Below, one piece after another: positions 47,201 to 55,799 of a stretch of DNA of 55,925 nt. The notes beneath the pieces are model-generated. The model searched no databases. It worked only from the letters and a program-made list of their open reading frames with translations, and was not told where the DNA came from. The position numbers were made by a program, and so were the translations under genes. How positions within the stretch are numbered: position 1 is the first letter of the stretch; every line of letters starts with the position of its first letter. Source of the stretch: a virus (taxonomy: Duplodnaviria > Caudoviricetes); the IMG/VR virus record IMGVR_UViG_3300027967_000009, positions 1 through 55,925 of that record, one strand, 5' to 3'.

Positions 47201-48110
47201 ACCAGAAACAGCTGAGCGACTTCGTAAAGAAGATTGCGTGAGTGAAGAAGAACGGGCGCAACTAAAACGTTATGATATTGAAACACAGTTATGTTCACAA
47301 GTTACCGCTGACACTATCGCGTTTAATGATGACCGCGGCATAAGTAAAGTAAAAAACTTTGAACTACTGAAAGGTAATATCAGCCAAGCCAATGCTTACG
47401 ATGTTTCTGAAATTGCCACCAATATTTCCTTTAGTGCTCGAGAACGAAAAACCGCAAAAATGAATCTACTGCACCAGGTGTTTTCAATACTAGGTGTTGA
47501 TAAGGCGTCTGGTGAAGGGGAGTTTACTGGCGAGCAAATGCGCCTAGTTCGTGATTCGCTGTTAGGTAGCGAAGACGATATTATGCTGTATAACACTACT
47601 CGTATAGGTGGCTACATTCACCCTAAAACGCGCAAGAAAAAATGTGAGACAACCTTTGTTAAAAATATTTTATCTAAATGCGGCCTCGAGCTTGGCTCAC
47701 GTTTAGAAGGTAAAGCGAGAAAACGCATATCATTTATCAAGCCTGGCGTATGGGATGTTATGCAATCCTACTTTAAAGCCCGTCAAGAACAAAGCATTTC
47801 GTCACTTGAGCCGTTGCAATATGATACTGATGCGGAGGTACTTAAGCGATCGGGTTTAACGATTGATATAAACCTTATTAATAAAGCCGATCACCAAAGT
47901 ATTACTTACGCAAAAATGGCTGGAAACGCTTTAACGGCGCTGGTTAACGAGGCTATCGAAGGATTGAATATTAGCTTTGAAAATGCGGTAAGCATGCTTG
48001 ATGGTGAAACTATCACTGATATTCTAAATGATGACATGCCAATTGGCATGTTGCGCTCATATTTCGCGACTCAAGAGAAATATGAACGGCAATTAATGGC
48101 TGTTTGTTAG
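44241..48110 (+). CDS. repA: N15-type RepA primase-helicase
   Basis: TOPRIM (EGFAT, ADND, TDFNDLH), APMGSGKT, DE motif; GGAGG RBS before ATG 44241. Confidence 0.92.
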   Translation: MKKLTLQQFYQDKFRGDATLLMAHPEAFNQLSAEADNAYVVWSDICNDIDPSRMGGKNSDKFTGKVPVSNTKYKGRAAVYSNLRSSDDNTFEYPTVNFVLKGNNVGGWSGLSLLVKLYKEHKGTITDNERLKWQRESEAKKKQLLAKQSAAKQEGERKEKRKHELNQQYSALFDVSPKEDGSQSYLVKKKIAEVVQYIDIRRCVEFDDVYSLGRKGQEFLAIRFIDIDGNYVGLQRIYEDGAKLNTPGFDFSNGAHCVIGDIDAADENYIYAGEGFATCASAMLAMHNHKIANNRKKTAVIIGINSNNLKKCLALFKDQEADLKINHLADNDQWKNQQGKGNAGLLISCFAVDVLGYKSVVPLFEDYTFDGVEFDERPTDFNDLHCLAGLSEVRRQLKAQRNKFKSSGKSPFDKTCRELRYIAAGNDNKKLFELVNRAIQQGVQLYPIHYGVADILACIEHNIKHLYHLFDKVSYFNELSGRLNWIIGKRVNNAQAFRSFSEEVISKPHVNYKKFNDTRITPEIYAYIKNLNGAVVVRAPMGSGKTQHLLSPLMAKSDRAAYFAHRVSLIASSVSNLNKRRTTHAINKFSPVELEHVDHIFAQSFTPVGLSKSLPTDFLVQNYQDFKGNGMGVFARSVEQMAMCINSITNPSFSPLLEDLDFSAFDEAAQTLRHVADGSACDKPEMVYNAMLKTIKNSSKQVILCDADANDEVIEMCEQARPGEIIHVVELDTDFSDIKVKYTDNGDQVFNQVFTAVENNEKVIVANDSATNGKSMYERLKERFPAKRFLFIYQDSKGNADVDYFNQNPDLAVNEQQYDAVIYSPCISSGVSLESGYFTKHFAILCGTVAPSDAIQMIRRDRCAKEFIIGFNKQNTTYPETKEEIIIGMIKADDINLTLDLSEGMMRLGRMYTKFDDMRINVIAKQNRARNDFANNMLLILQGDKYQLERIAENEVEKEIGNAQRNLGREIAKARDLELQLNQETPEPETAERLRKEDCVSEEERAQLKRYDIETQLCSQVTADTIAFNDDRGISKVKNFELLKGNISQANAYDVSEIATNISFSARERKTAKMNLLHQVFSILGVDKASGEGEFTGEQMRLVRDSLLGSEDDIMLYNTTRIGGYIHPKTRKKKCETTFVKNILSKCGLELGSRLEGKARKRISFIKPGVWDVMQSYFKARQEQSISSLEPLQYDTDAEVLKRSGLTIDINLINKADHQSITYAKMAGNALTALVNEAIEGLNISFENAVSMLDGETITDILNDDMPIGMLRSYFATQEKYERQLMAVC

Positions 48111-48174
48111 CAAAAACGCAATAAACCAAATTTAAAAACAGTCGCAATTTTAGTATTGCTACCCAAACTCACCC

Positions 48175-48447
48175 TTATTTCATGCTGTTGATAACGCTTT
48201 TAAGTTCACTTTCAATGTATTCATGAAGCGTTAGGTCAGCGCCTCTGGCGCTTTCGGCTAGCTTTTCGTTTAAATGTATCACACTACTTAGCTTTTTCAT
48301 TAAGTCATGTTTGGTGGGCTTTGTGATAACACTAACAGCATGCTCAAGCTGCTGCTCTGTAACACCGAGAAGTGAAGAAAGTTCAACGGGAAAGTCTGCA
48401 GCTGCTTTCTGAACCTGTATTAATAAATTTTGCTCTACTTGTGACAC
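48175..48447 (-). CDS. Small 90-aa ORF, candidate antirepressor or effector
   Basis: AAGGA RBS with GTG at 48447; directly downstream of the kinase; function inferred from position only. Confidence 0.55.
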   Translation of the reverse strand: MSQVEQNLLIQVQKAAADFPVELSSLLGVTEQQLEHAVSVITKPTKHDLMKKLSSVIHLNEKLAESARGADLTLHEYIESELKSVINSMK

Positions 48448-48574
48448 GAAAAAAATTCCTTTTTGACAACAAAATAAAAAGTCAGGATGAATACTAGTAG
48501 AGTAGAGGGCAACAAAGAAGACACGAAATTTTTGTGGGTTTACTCCCACAAAAATAAAAAAAAGTGAATTAAAT

Positions 48575-51421
48575 TTAGTTAACCAAACTTATCTGTGATT
48601 TTGGGGCAAAAAGTGGTGCATAAAAACTATCTTTCAATGCCTCGTAATGGCTGTTATAAACCATTTCAGCTTCACGCATAGCATTAGTGTACTGCTCATG
48701 TTTTCCATGCTCAAAATAGATATTAGCAAGCTGTAAGTAGATGTTCATCTTGTCAGGCGAGTGTGTTTTTTCTAAGTCACGCCACACAAACAAGGCCTCA
48801 GCCTTTTTGGCCAACTCAATACCTAATTCACTTTGTGCGTTAATTTGCCTTTCTATTAAAGCAATATCCAACATAACCCTAGCATTATCATCAGCCACAA
48901 AGCCTTGCTGTCCTTTTCTTAATGCTAACACCTCGGCAATACTAGCCAGTACCTTATCGTCATTATAATTGGCAAAGTCATAGTAAAGTTTAACCAACTG
49001 CAACTCATAGGGCTCAACCATATCGTTATAATCTTCATTGGTTTTCAATAAAGTGCTCAGCAGTGTATCAGCAACGGGTTTTAACAACGGGTTAGTGCGG
49101 TCAAAGCCGGTAAACTCTAAATAATTTATAAGCAATACACGAATAGAGTCTAAACCGACAAAGCCATATCGGTCAGCGCTTTTATTATAATTTTCAAAAT
49201 AGGTTATCGCTTTATGAACCTCTCGCTCAGCGCTGGCTATATCCCCTTGGTAAAGGTAGCTTACACCTAACAAGTAACTGTTAAGCATCCACCCGTCAAA
49301 TTTTCTCCAACCATAATAATCGGTAGCGGCTTTAATACTTTGCGTGGCTAGCGGTAAGTCAAGCAAGCGATTAACCACATATTGGTTTCGCCACGACTCC
49401 ATTACTAATTCATTATCATTGCCAGGTAACTCACTGGCCATGTCAATAGTTTGTTTGGCTGCGTCTAACGCTTCATTATAATCACCAAGCTCATATAAAA
49501 CCCGAGACTTTAAATTAATGCTTTTAATCAACAGTTCGTTACCACTAACACTGTCAGGTATGTGATGTATTGCTTGTTCAATACTGCTCTGTGCATCGGT
49601 TAATACTGCAGTTAAATACCTGTTATGATCGTCTTCGCTTACACCATCGCCTGGGCTAATGTTTGAACCATCGTAGTAATAAAAATACTCGCGGGCTTGG
49701 TAATATTTTAATAAACCCTGTTGGTCCAACGCTAAATCCTGCCAATACAGTTTTTCTATTTGTTTTAACGTACTAAGTGCTTTGTCATCATCGCCATAAA
49801 CCTCAGAAATATATTTAACATCGGTATCAAATAGCGCTAAGTAACCCAAAGCATGCTCAACAGTAACAAAGCCATTTTTTTCTAACTCAAGCATAAAAGG
49901 TTGGGCAGCAGCTTGCGCTTGTTCAACCCTATCATTAAAAGATAACGCCTTAGCATACAACGCAGAAACAAGGGGTAAGTATTTGTTTTTGGCAACCGAA
50001 ATCGCTTTTTTATACAGCGAAATAGCAGCAGCAACTGATAACGGATCACCTTTTTGCATGGCAGCATTCGCGATAGCCATCGCGTGCTGATATACCAGTG
50101 CTTTATCAGCCTCAGTGTTATCAATAATACTCTTTAGATTTGTTAACGCGTCAAATTGTTCGTTTTGAACGTAATGAGCGTAATTATTAGCTATCTGCGT
50201 TAAAAATGTGTTGTTGTTATGCTGCTGCTGAATATAACCCGAAGACGTATAAGAAATAACAGAAAAAGTAATACAACTTACCGCCCCTGCAGTAGCTAAT
50301 GCGGCATGAACAGGCTTTAAAAAAAGATGCTTATAAATACGATAAAAGTAATTGTTATTATGTGATTTCACATAACCTAGCTCTAAAAAAACCGACAAAT
50401 CATGACTGAATTCAGCCATTGTTTTATAACGTTTTTCTTTATTTGGCTCAGTAGCTTTTAATAAAATACTATCAAGCTCTTTTATCCAGCGTTTATATTT
50501 TTTCTCATCGGGTGAAAAACTAATATTGTCGCTTGGTAAATTTTTTCTGACATCAAAGGGTGGTTTCAACCTGGTAAGCAGTTCGTATAAAACCAAAGCA
50601 ATTGAATAAACATCGCTACCAAAGGTTAAAGGCTCATTGTTTTTAAGCTCAGGGCTTGAATAATCACAACTAAACACTTCGGCATACTCGTAATTTTTTT
50701 CATCAACTTTCTTTTTAGCACGTTGGGCAATACCAAAATCACAAAGTAAAGGGTCCCCTTGCTTATCCATCAAAATATTTGAAGGTTTAATGTCAGCATG
50801 TATATAAGAATAACTTGAGTGGGCAAAATGTAATGCATCGCAAACTTTTAAAACTGCTTGGATGGTGTTTTTAATGTTTGAAAAAATCAAACTATTTAAT
50901 AAACCGTCAGTAATATTGCCGTAGTCAACATAATCCATCACGTAAAAAGGCAGTTTTAAATTGTTATAATCAATAACGCCAGCATCAAAAACACGCGTGA
51001 TATATTTATGCTTGAGCTGCGCCATAATGTTGGCTTCGCGATCTATTAAGTCATAATCATAAACATTAATTAAATGTGGCTTAACCACTTTAACCACGGC
51101 CTTTTGATTAACCAGTAAACCATCTAACCGCTCAGCATAAAAAATATGGCCCATACCACCAGAGGTAATATAGTTCATTAGGGTGTAGTTGCCCACGTCT
51201 TTACCCAGCAGTGTTTTGGGGTCAAAAGAGCTCTCAACAAAAGAACTAAAGCTAACAGAATAGGCATCGGGTGACATTTCAACATCACTAGCCACCTCAA
51301 TCAAATTCAGCACATCGTTTTTTAACGTTTCATCATTGCCACATAACCTATCAAGCTTTTCATCTCTTAATCTGGGTGGCGTATTCTCAATAACGTTCCA
51401 TATCTCGAATAAATCAGCCAT
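48575..51421 (-). CDS. Membrane Hanks-type Ser/Thr kinase with TPR-like C-terminal domain
   Basis: GGMG, VVK, HADIKPSN, DFG, SPE, DVYS; one TM segment; long helical repeat region. Confidence 0.92.
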   Translation of the reverse strand: MADLFEIWNVIENTPPRLRDEKLDRLCGNDETLKNDVLNLIEVASDVEMSPDAYSVSFSSFVESSFDPKTLLGKDVGNYTLMNYITSGGMGHIFYAERLDGLLVNQKAVVKVVKPHLINVYDYDLIDREANIMAQLKHKYITRVFDAGVIDYNNLKLPFYVMDYVDYGNITDGLLNSLIFSNIKNTIQAVLKVCDALHFAHSSYSYIHADIKPSNILMDKQGDPLLCDFGIAQRAKKKVDEKNYEYAEVFSCDYSSPELKNNEPLTFGSDVYSIALVLYELLTRLKPPFDVRKNLPSDNISFSPDEKKYKRWIKELDSILLKATEPNKEKRYKTMAEFSHDLSVFLELGYVKSHNNNYFYRIYKHLFLKPVHAALATAGAVSCITFSVISYTSSGYIQQQHNNNTFLTQIANNYAHYVQNEQFDALTNLKSIIDNTEADKALVYQHAMAIANAAMQKGDPLSVAAAISLYKKAISVAKNKYLPLVSALYAKALSFNDRVEQAQAAAQPFMLELEKNGFVTVEHALGYLALFDTDVKYISEVYGDDDKALSTLKQIEKLYWQDLALDQQGLLKYYQAREYFYYYDGSNISPGDGVSEDDHNRYLTAVLTDAQSSIEQAIHHIPDSVSGNELLIKSINLKSRVLYELGDYNEALDAAKQTIDMASELPGNDNELVMESWRNQYVVNRLLDLPLATQSIKAATDYYGWRKFDGWMLNSYLLGVSYLYQGDIASAEREVHKAITYFENYNKSADRYGFVGLDSIRVLLINYLEFTGFDRTNPLLKPVADTLLSTLLKTNEDYNDMVEPYELQLVKLYYDFANYNDDKVLASIAEVLALRKGQQGFVADDNARVMLDIALIERQINAQSELGIELAKKAEALFVWRDLEKTHSPDKMNIYLQLANIYFEHGKHEQYTNAMREAEMVYNSHYEALKDSFYAPLFAPKSQISLVN

Positions 51422-52028
51422 TTTTACTACTCAACAAATGCGATTTAATAACGGCATCAGCAAACTCTAGGTAGCGATAAAAGGTGCTTTCACTTATACC
51501 GAGTATCACTGTTATTTTTTGAACATCAACCCCCCAAAGCCTATATAAACTAAAGGCAATAGACTGCTGTTTTGCTTTGCTTTCTAAGACTGAAATAGCT
51601 TCATCTAGCATTAAAAAAGAGTGTTCACTGTTTAATGAGTTACTGTCTGACAAATACGCGTTTGGGCAGGCACCTATTTGAACTCTATTATCAGCCCCAT
51701 GCCTGCTCAACTTTCTGGCTTCATCAACCAAGGTTGAGTACACCATTTTTCTCAATAAAATAAACAAATCGTTAATGGAGTGAAAATAAATATTATTTTG
51801 TTTGGTAAGTAGCTTAATAGAAACCGTTTGAGCAATATCGTTAACACCAAACAGTTTTAACGGAGTAGCAACCACTTTACCTTTGCTAAATTCTAACGCT
51901 GAAAATTTAGTAATAAATGGCTGTAAATAAATAACCAAATCATTTCTAGCTTGTTGGCAACCAGCGTTCCATTGCTCAATTAAATAGGTAAGCTTTTCAA
52001 CATCAACATCAACATCAACATCAAGCAT
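51414..52028 (-). CDS. ECF sigma factor, kinase-associated type
   Basis: LT.LI.QW..G...A...L, LVD.ARK, LDEA...L, LGISEST..R...A. Confidence 0.82.
   Translation of the reverse strand: MLDVDVDVDVEKLTYLIEQWNAGCQQARNDLVIYLQPFITKFSALEFSKGKVVATPLKLFGVNDIAQTVSIKLLTKQNNIYFHSINDLFILLRKMVYSTLVDEARKLSRHGADNRVQIGACPNAYLSDSNSLNSEHSFLMLDEAISVLESKAKQQSIAFSLYRLWGVDVQKITVILGISESTFYRYLEFADAVIKSHLLSSKNG
51999..52022. repeat. (AACATC)4 microsatellite at the sigma N-terminus
   Basis: Encodes DVDVDVDV. Confidence 0.75.
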
Positions 52029-52731
52029 TGTTAGCCCCCTTTAATTCAAATAATTGCTTTGCTGTTAATACGGTTATTTCATTTGAACATCGTAACGTGT
52101 CTATCCACACTTGGTTTTGCTTAACCACAACGTTCTGGCTGTTTGTATGACCATGAACAGTAAGATCAATATTGCTGATGGCTTGTTCTAAAGACTTTGG
52201 GCGGTTAAATTTTTCACTAGACCAAAACAATAAATCTTGCTGATCGTCAGGTAAATCAGAGTGGATAATATCATGCCAATCATCGGGCGCTTGGGCGTGG
52301 GTTAACCCAATATTCCCATAAGGTGTTTCAATGGTAATGGCTAAATGCATTTTGGCATAAACAATCGCCATAAAAAAAGTAAGTTGTTTGTCGGTGTTTT
52401 CTAGCTGTAGCAACCATTGACCACCAATGTTAAGCAAGGTGTCAATCAACTCAGGGTTAACCCTAAGATCTAAAAGCATGTCTTCGTGATTGCCCATCAC
52501 CGCAAAGAACCAAGGTTCAAGCAATAAATGTAAACACTCAGCTGACTTGTCTCCTCGGTTAATCAAATCACCTACCGAAAACACCCGGTCACCGTTATCA
52601 GCATTAAAACCAGCGCAAGCCAATGACTTCATCAGCACATCGTAATGGCCATGAACATCGCCAATAAAGTAATCCGTTCCTTTTTCATTAACACTAAAGT
52701 GCTGATGATAATTAATCCGTTTTTTTGGCAT
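52021..52731 (-). CDS. PPP-family Ser/Thr phosphatase (lambda NinI/PphA-like)
   Basis: GDVHG, VGDLINRG, GNHE, HGHT, IDT. Confidence 0.92.
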   Translation of the reverse strand: MPKKRINYHQHFSVNEKGTDYFIGDVHGHYDVLMKSLACAGFNADNGDRVFSVGDLINRGDKSAECLHLLLEPWFFAVMGNHEDMLLDLRVNPELIDTLLNIGGQWLLQLENTDKQLTFFMAIVYAKMHLAITIETPYGNIGLTHAQAPDDWHDIIHSDLPDDQQDLLFWSSEKFNRPKSLEQAISNIDLTVHGHTNSQNVVVKQNQVWIDTLRCSNEITVLTAKQLFELKGANNA

Positions 52732-52782
52732 AACAAACAAAAGTAAAAAGTGATGCTTTATAGTACACCAAAGCTAAAAATG

Positions 52783-52811
52783 AAAAAAGCGGCAATAGTT
52801 GCCGCTTTTTT
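52783..52811. terminator. Bidirectional terminator after the peptide gene
   Basis: AAAAAAGCGGCAA-TAG-TTGCCGCTTTTTT. Confidence 0.88.
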
Positions 52812-52827
52812 GTAGTAGAAACAAAGC

Positions 52828-53040
52828 CTAGATGCGCACTTTGCCGCGACTAGAGCCTGTTTTTTTGTATTCAATTCTAACTTTGCCGCGACTAGAACCA
52901 ATTTCTTTATAATCAATTCTAACTTTACCACGACTAGAACCAACTTCTTGGCTAGTAACAGTGTTGTTATCAACTACGGGTGTAGCGTCTACAGTTGCTG
53001 GTGTTAAAGATAAAACTGCCGCTAAAAGTGTGCTTAACAT
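52828..53040 (-). CDS. Exported pre-peptide with three GSSRGKVRI repeats
   Basis: AGGGA RBS, hydrophobic signal-like N-terminus, 14-aa (42-bp) period, third copy ends at the stop codon. Confidence 0.8.
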   Translation of the reverse strand: MLSTLLAAVLSLTPATVDATPVVDNNTVTSQEVGSSRGKVRIDYKEIGSSRGKVRIEYKKTGSSRGKVRI

Positions 53041-53115
53041 ATTGTATTCCCTATAAGTGTCAAAAATTTGTTGAACACTTATAGAGCAATAATTAAGCCA
53101 AGGTTGGTTTAGTGT

Positions 53116-53700
53116 TTATATTCCCTTATGTTTTTTCATATCCTCATACAGCTTCATAAAAGCTAACTTAGCCAACGCTTGGCCACTGTTACGCTCAATG
53201 GTGAAATCAGCATTCTCATAGCCACTACTAGTATGAATTCTTAGATCACAGTTTTTAGCAGCAATCATTTTTTTAAAAAGTTCAAACGGTATAGCGATAG
53301 TGCTTTCACTTTCAGTAAAAATACTTTTAGAAATAGTATTCCAGCCATCATGACTTAAACGAGTTCCGTAAGTATCGAATCGCTCTACTTCTCCATTTAT
53401 TTTTATACTTACGCCATCAATACTTGTATAAATAGCTCGGCCGTTAGTATCTGAACCGTACACCATACTTAGCACAACAGTGTCAGGCATGGATTCATTA
53501 TAATAAGCCCCCATACGAACAGAATTATTAAGCATCCCACCATCATTTAGATAAGTAGGGGTAACAACAACTTGGTAGTTACCCTCAAAATCTTTTGATG
53601 AAGTGAGTTGGCCAACACCAGTGGCCTTATCAAGCGAATCAGCAACGCTGGCACAGCCAATAACAGTTAATGCAAGTAAAAGTATGAGTATTTTTTTCAT
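53116..53700 (-). CDS. Lipoprotein
   Basis: MKK-hydrophobic-VIGC lipobox. Confidence 0.8.
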   Translation of the reverse strand: MKKILILLLALTVIGCASVADSLDKATGVGQLTSSKDFEGNYQVVVTPTYLNDGGMLNNSVRMGAYYNESMPDTVVLSMVYGSDTNGRAIYTSIDGVSIKINGEVERFDTYGTRLSHDGWNTISKSIFTESESTIAIPFELFKKMIAAKNCDLRIHTSSGYENADFTIERNSGQALAKLAFMKLYEDMKKHKGI

Positions 53701-53755
53701 TGTTTTTTATTCCTTTATTAAAAAATGGGCAATCCCATGAATAAAGTAACATTTA

Positions 53756-55711
53756 TTACAACTTTTTCACCTGAATTTTATTATGTGGCCCTTTAAAGCT
53801 AGCTAAGCCAGCATCATTCAAAGCAATTCTTTCAGCATCCTTTTCATTTTTAGCGTAAAGAGTGTCTTGAAAATAAGGTCCTGACTTATAAGGAATGGTT
53901 ACTTTAAACTCAAACAACTCACCAACAAATAAAGCATAACCTGTCTTCATGGCTAATATTTTATCGTCAGAGCGCAGCGTAAACATGGCTGTTTTATTAC
54001 CTAACGATACCGATATTTTCCATTTATCATCACCTAAGTCATGAGCTTTAATGTGGGGTTTTTCCGATTTTTTAGTTTGAGGGCTTTCTTTTACCTCAGC
54101 TTTTTCTACTACCGCTTTAACTTGCTCAACCGGCTCATCTTCAATGTCTTCTTCATGTTGAACAGATAAAGGTTCACCAGGGGAAACTAAATCACCAATA
54201 GCCGCTAAGTAGTTTTTAATAGTGCCTCGGTAAACCCCAGTTTCCCGCGTCAGCATTGATTGGTTTATTTCAATAAACGGGTTTTTCTCAACCTCATTTT
54301 TAACCCATGTGTGAAGTTTAATTGCTGCATCACCTCGAGCTAAACCTTCCATTATATCGTCTAATTCGCACAGCTCTTGCCAGCGTTCGTTAACCGTTGC
54401 CGTTGGCTCATAATCAGCAACAAAGTTATTTAATTTGTACGGTTTATAGTGTGCTTGGGCGTTAGTGTCATTGTGAACAAATAACTCATAAAAAAAGATA
54501 TCTTCGTCTTTATCGCGCCAGCGAGGATCGGTTAAATAATATTTTTGGTAACAAATTCGGCCATATATGCCGCGCGTATCTTTTGGTACTCTACGCTTAT
54601 CAACAAAGAAATCTTTGGCAAAATCGCTTAGGTGAGGTGCCACTTTTCCCTTTATCACCTCGTTATCAGTTCGATGATCTTCACCTTCGCTTTCAGAAAT
54701 AATTTTTTGAGTAATAGGGTGATTACGAAGAACACCAAAAGCATTTAGAAAAACATCATTATCAACTAAGCAATAAATCAAATTACTTTGCTCAGCCTCT
54801 TCATCAGTACGTTTTTTAGCTTGCCCTGAAAATAGTAATTGATGCTTGCCTTTAGCCTTGAAATAGCCAGTTTTTAATATCTCAATAGGGCGCCTACCAG
54901 TAGCAGCACATAACGCAAAAACCAAAGGAGCTATGCCACTTACCAAACCATTAAATGTAGCATCAGGGTGAGATAAAATTGATAGAATGCGCTCCATATA
55001 AGAAGGGTAATCAACATACACGACAGTGGTTTTCTTTTTATTTAGACTGCTTTTAGCCTTATTGCTTAGCACGGCTTTATCAGCGTGTGGCAGCACCAGG
55101 TTAACTATTAACTCATGATCAACCTTTAAAGCTTTAAGCTCTCCAAACAAGGGCTTAGCCTCATTAACAGCCTTAATTAACGTGGTTTTTGCTGCCATAG
55201 TATTATCCTTATCACCCAGAGCAGTAATTAAACTCTCGTATTCAGGGTATTCTTCGGCTAGCTTCTTTAATTTTCTAGTTAACGATTTACTAAAATCAAG
55301 CAAATCAACTTTTTCCATCAGCTCATGGCTTGCTGCAAGGGCGTCTAATAAGTTTTTTTTAGCTATTCTAGCTTCAGTTGGTTCTAAACCAGATAAACCA
55401 AGCAAAAAACCACTATGTGCTGGGTATTTTTTGGTTAATCGACCCAATTCACTTTCATATCTATGATGAATGCCGCTTATATTTTGAATAGCTTTTCTAA
55501 CCTTTGTTAAGTAGCTTCTAGCTGTGCTCAGTGTTATTTTTGAATCCGCCCGCTTCCTGCCGTCACCATATAATTTGTTAATAAAAACACTAGCAAGGCT
55601 TTGAAATTTCTTTGTTTTCTTATGCTGTGGAATGTCGCTATTCTCTATACCATTAAACTCAATAACTAACCATTCAATTAATTCCTTCAACTTTATTTTT
55701 TGTGTAGACAT
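53756..55711 (-). CDS. telN: Protelomerase (telomere resolvase, TelN-like)
   Basis: TGRR..EI, FSGQAK, KD.R.IY, H.D...Q.HY; adjacent to the hairpin end. Confidence 0.95.
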   Translation of the reverse strand: MSTQKIKLKELIEWLVIEFNGIENSDIPQHKKTKKFQSLASVFINKLYGDGRKRADSKITLSTARSYLTKVRKAIQNISGIHHRYESELGRLTKKYPAHSGFLLGLSGLEPTEARIAKKNLLDALAASHELMEKVDLLDFSKSLTRKLKKLAEEYPEYESLITALGDKDNTMAAKTTLIKAVNEAKPLFGELKALKVDHELIVNLVLPHADKAVLSNKAKSSLNKKKTTVVYVDYPSYMERILSILSHPDATFNGLVSGIAPLVFALCAATGRRPIEILKTGYFKAKGKHQLLFSGQAKKRTDEEAEQSNLIYCLVDNDVFLNAFGVLRNHPITQKIISESEGEDHRTDNEVIKGKVAPHLSDFAKDFFVDKRRVPKDTRGIYGRICYQKYYLTDPRWRDKDEDIFFYELFVHNDTNAQAHYKPYKLNNFVADYEPTATVNERWQELCELDDIMEGLARGDAAIKLHTWVKNEVEKNPFIEINQSMLTRETGVYRGTIKNYLAAIGDLVSPGEPLSVQHEEDIEDEPVEQVKAVVEKAEVKESPQTKKSEKPHIKAHDLGDDKWKISVSLGNKTAMFTLRSDDKILAMKTGYALFVGELFEFKVTIPYKSGPYFQDTLYAKNEKDAERIALNDAGLASFKGPHNKIQVKKL

Positions 55712-55799
55712 AACTTAATCCTTATAAAAAACCACTAAACTTACATATATAGTAACACATACAACATACATAGCAAGTGCTTTGTATACAACACTATAC

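Noticed and set aside
52758-52973. Alternative-frame repeat ORF overlapping the peptide gene
   Set aside because: No good RBS, runs through the terminator, and repeat units are less conserved in this frame
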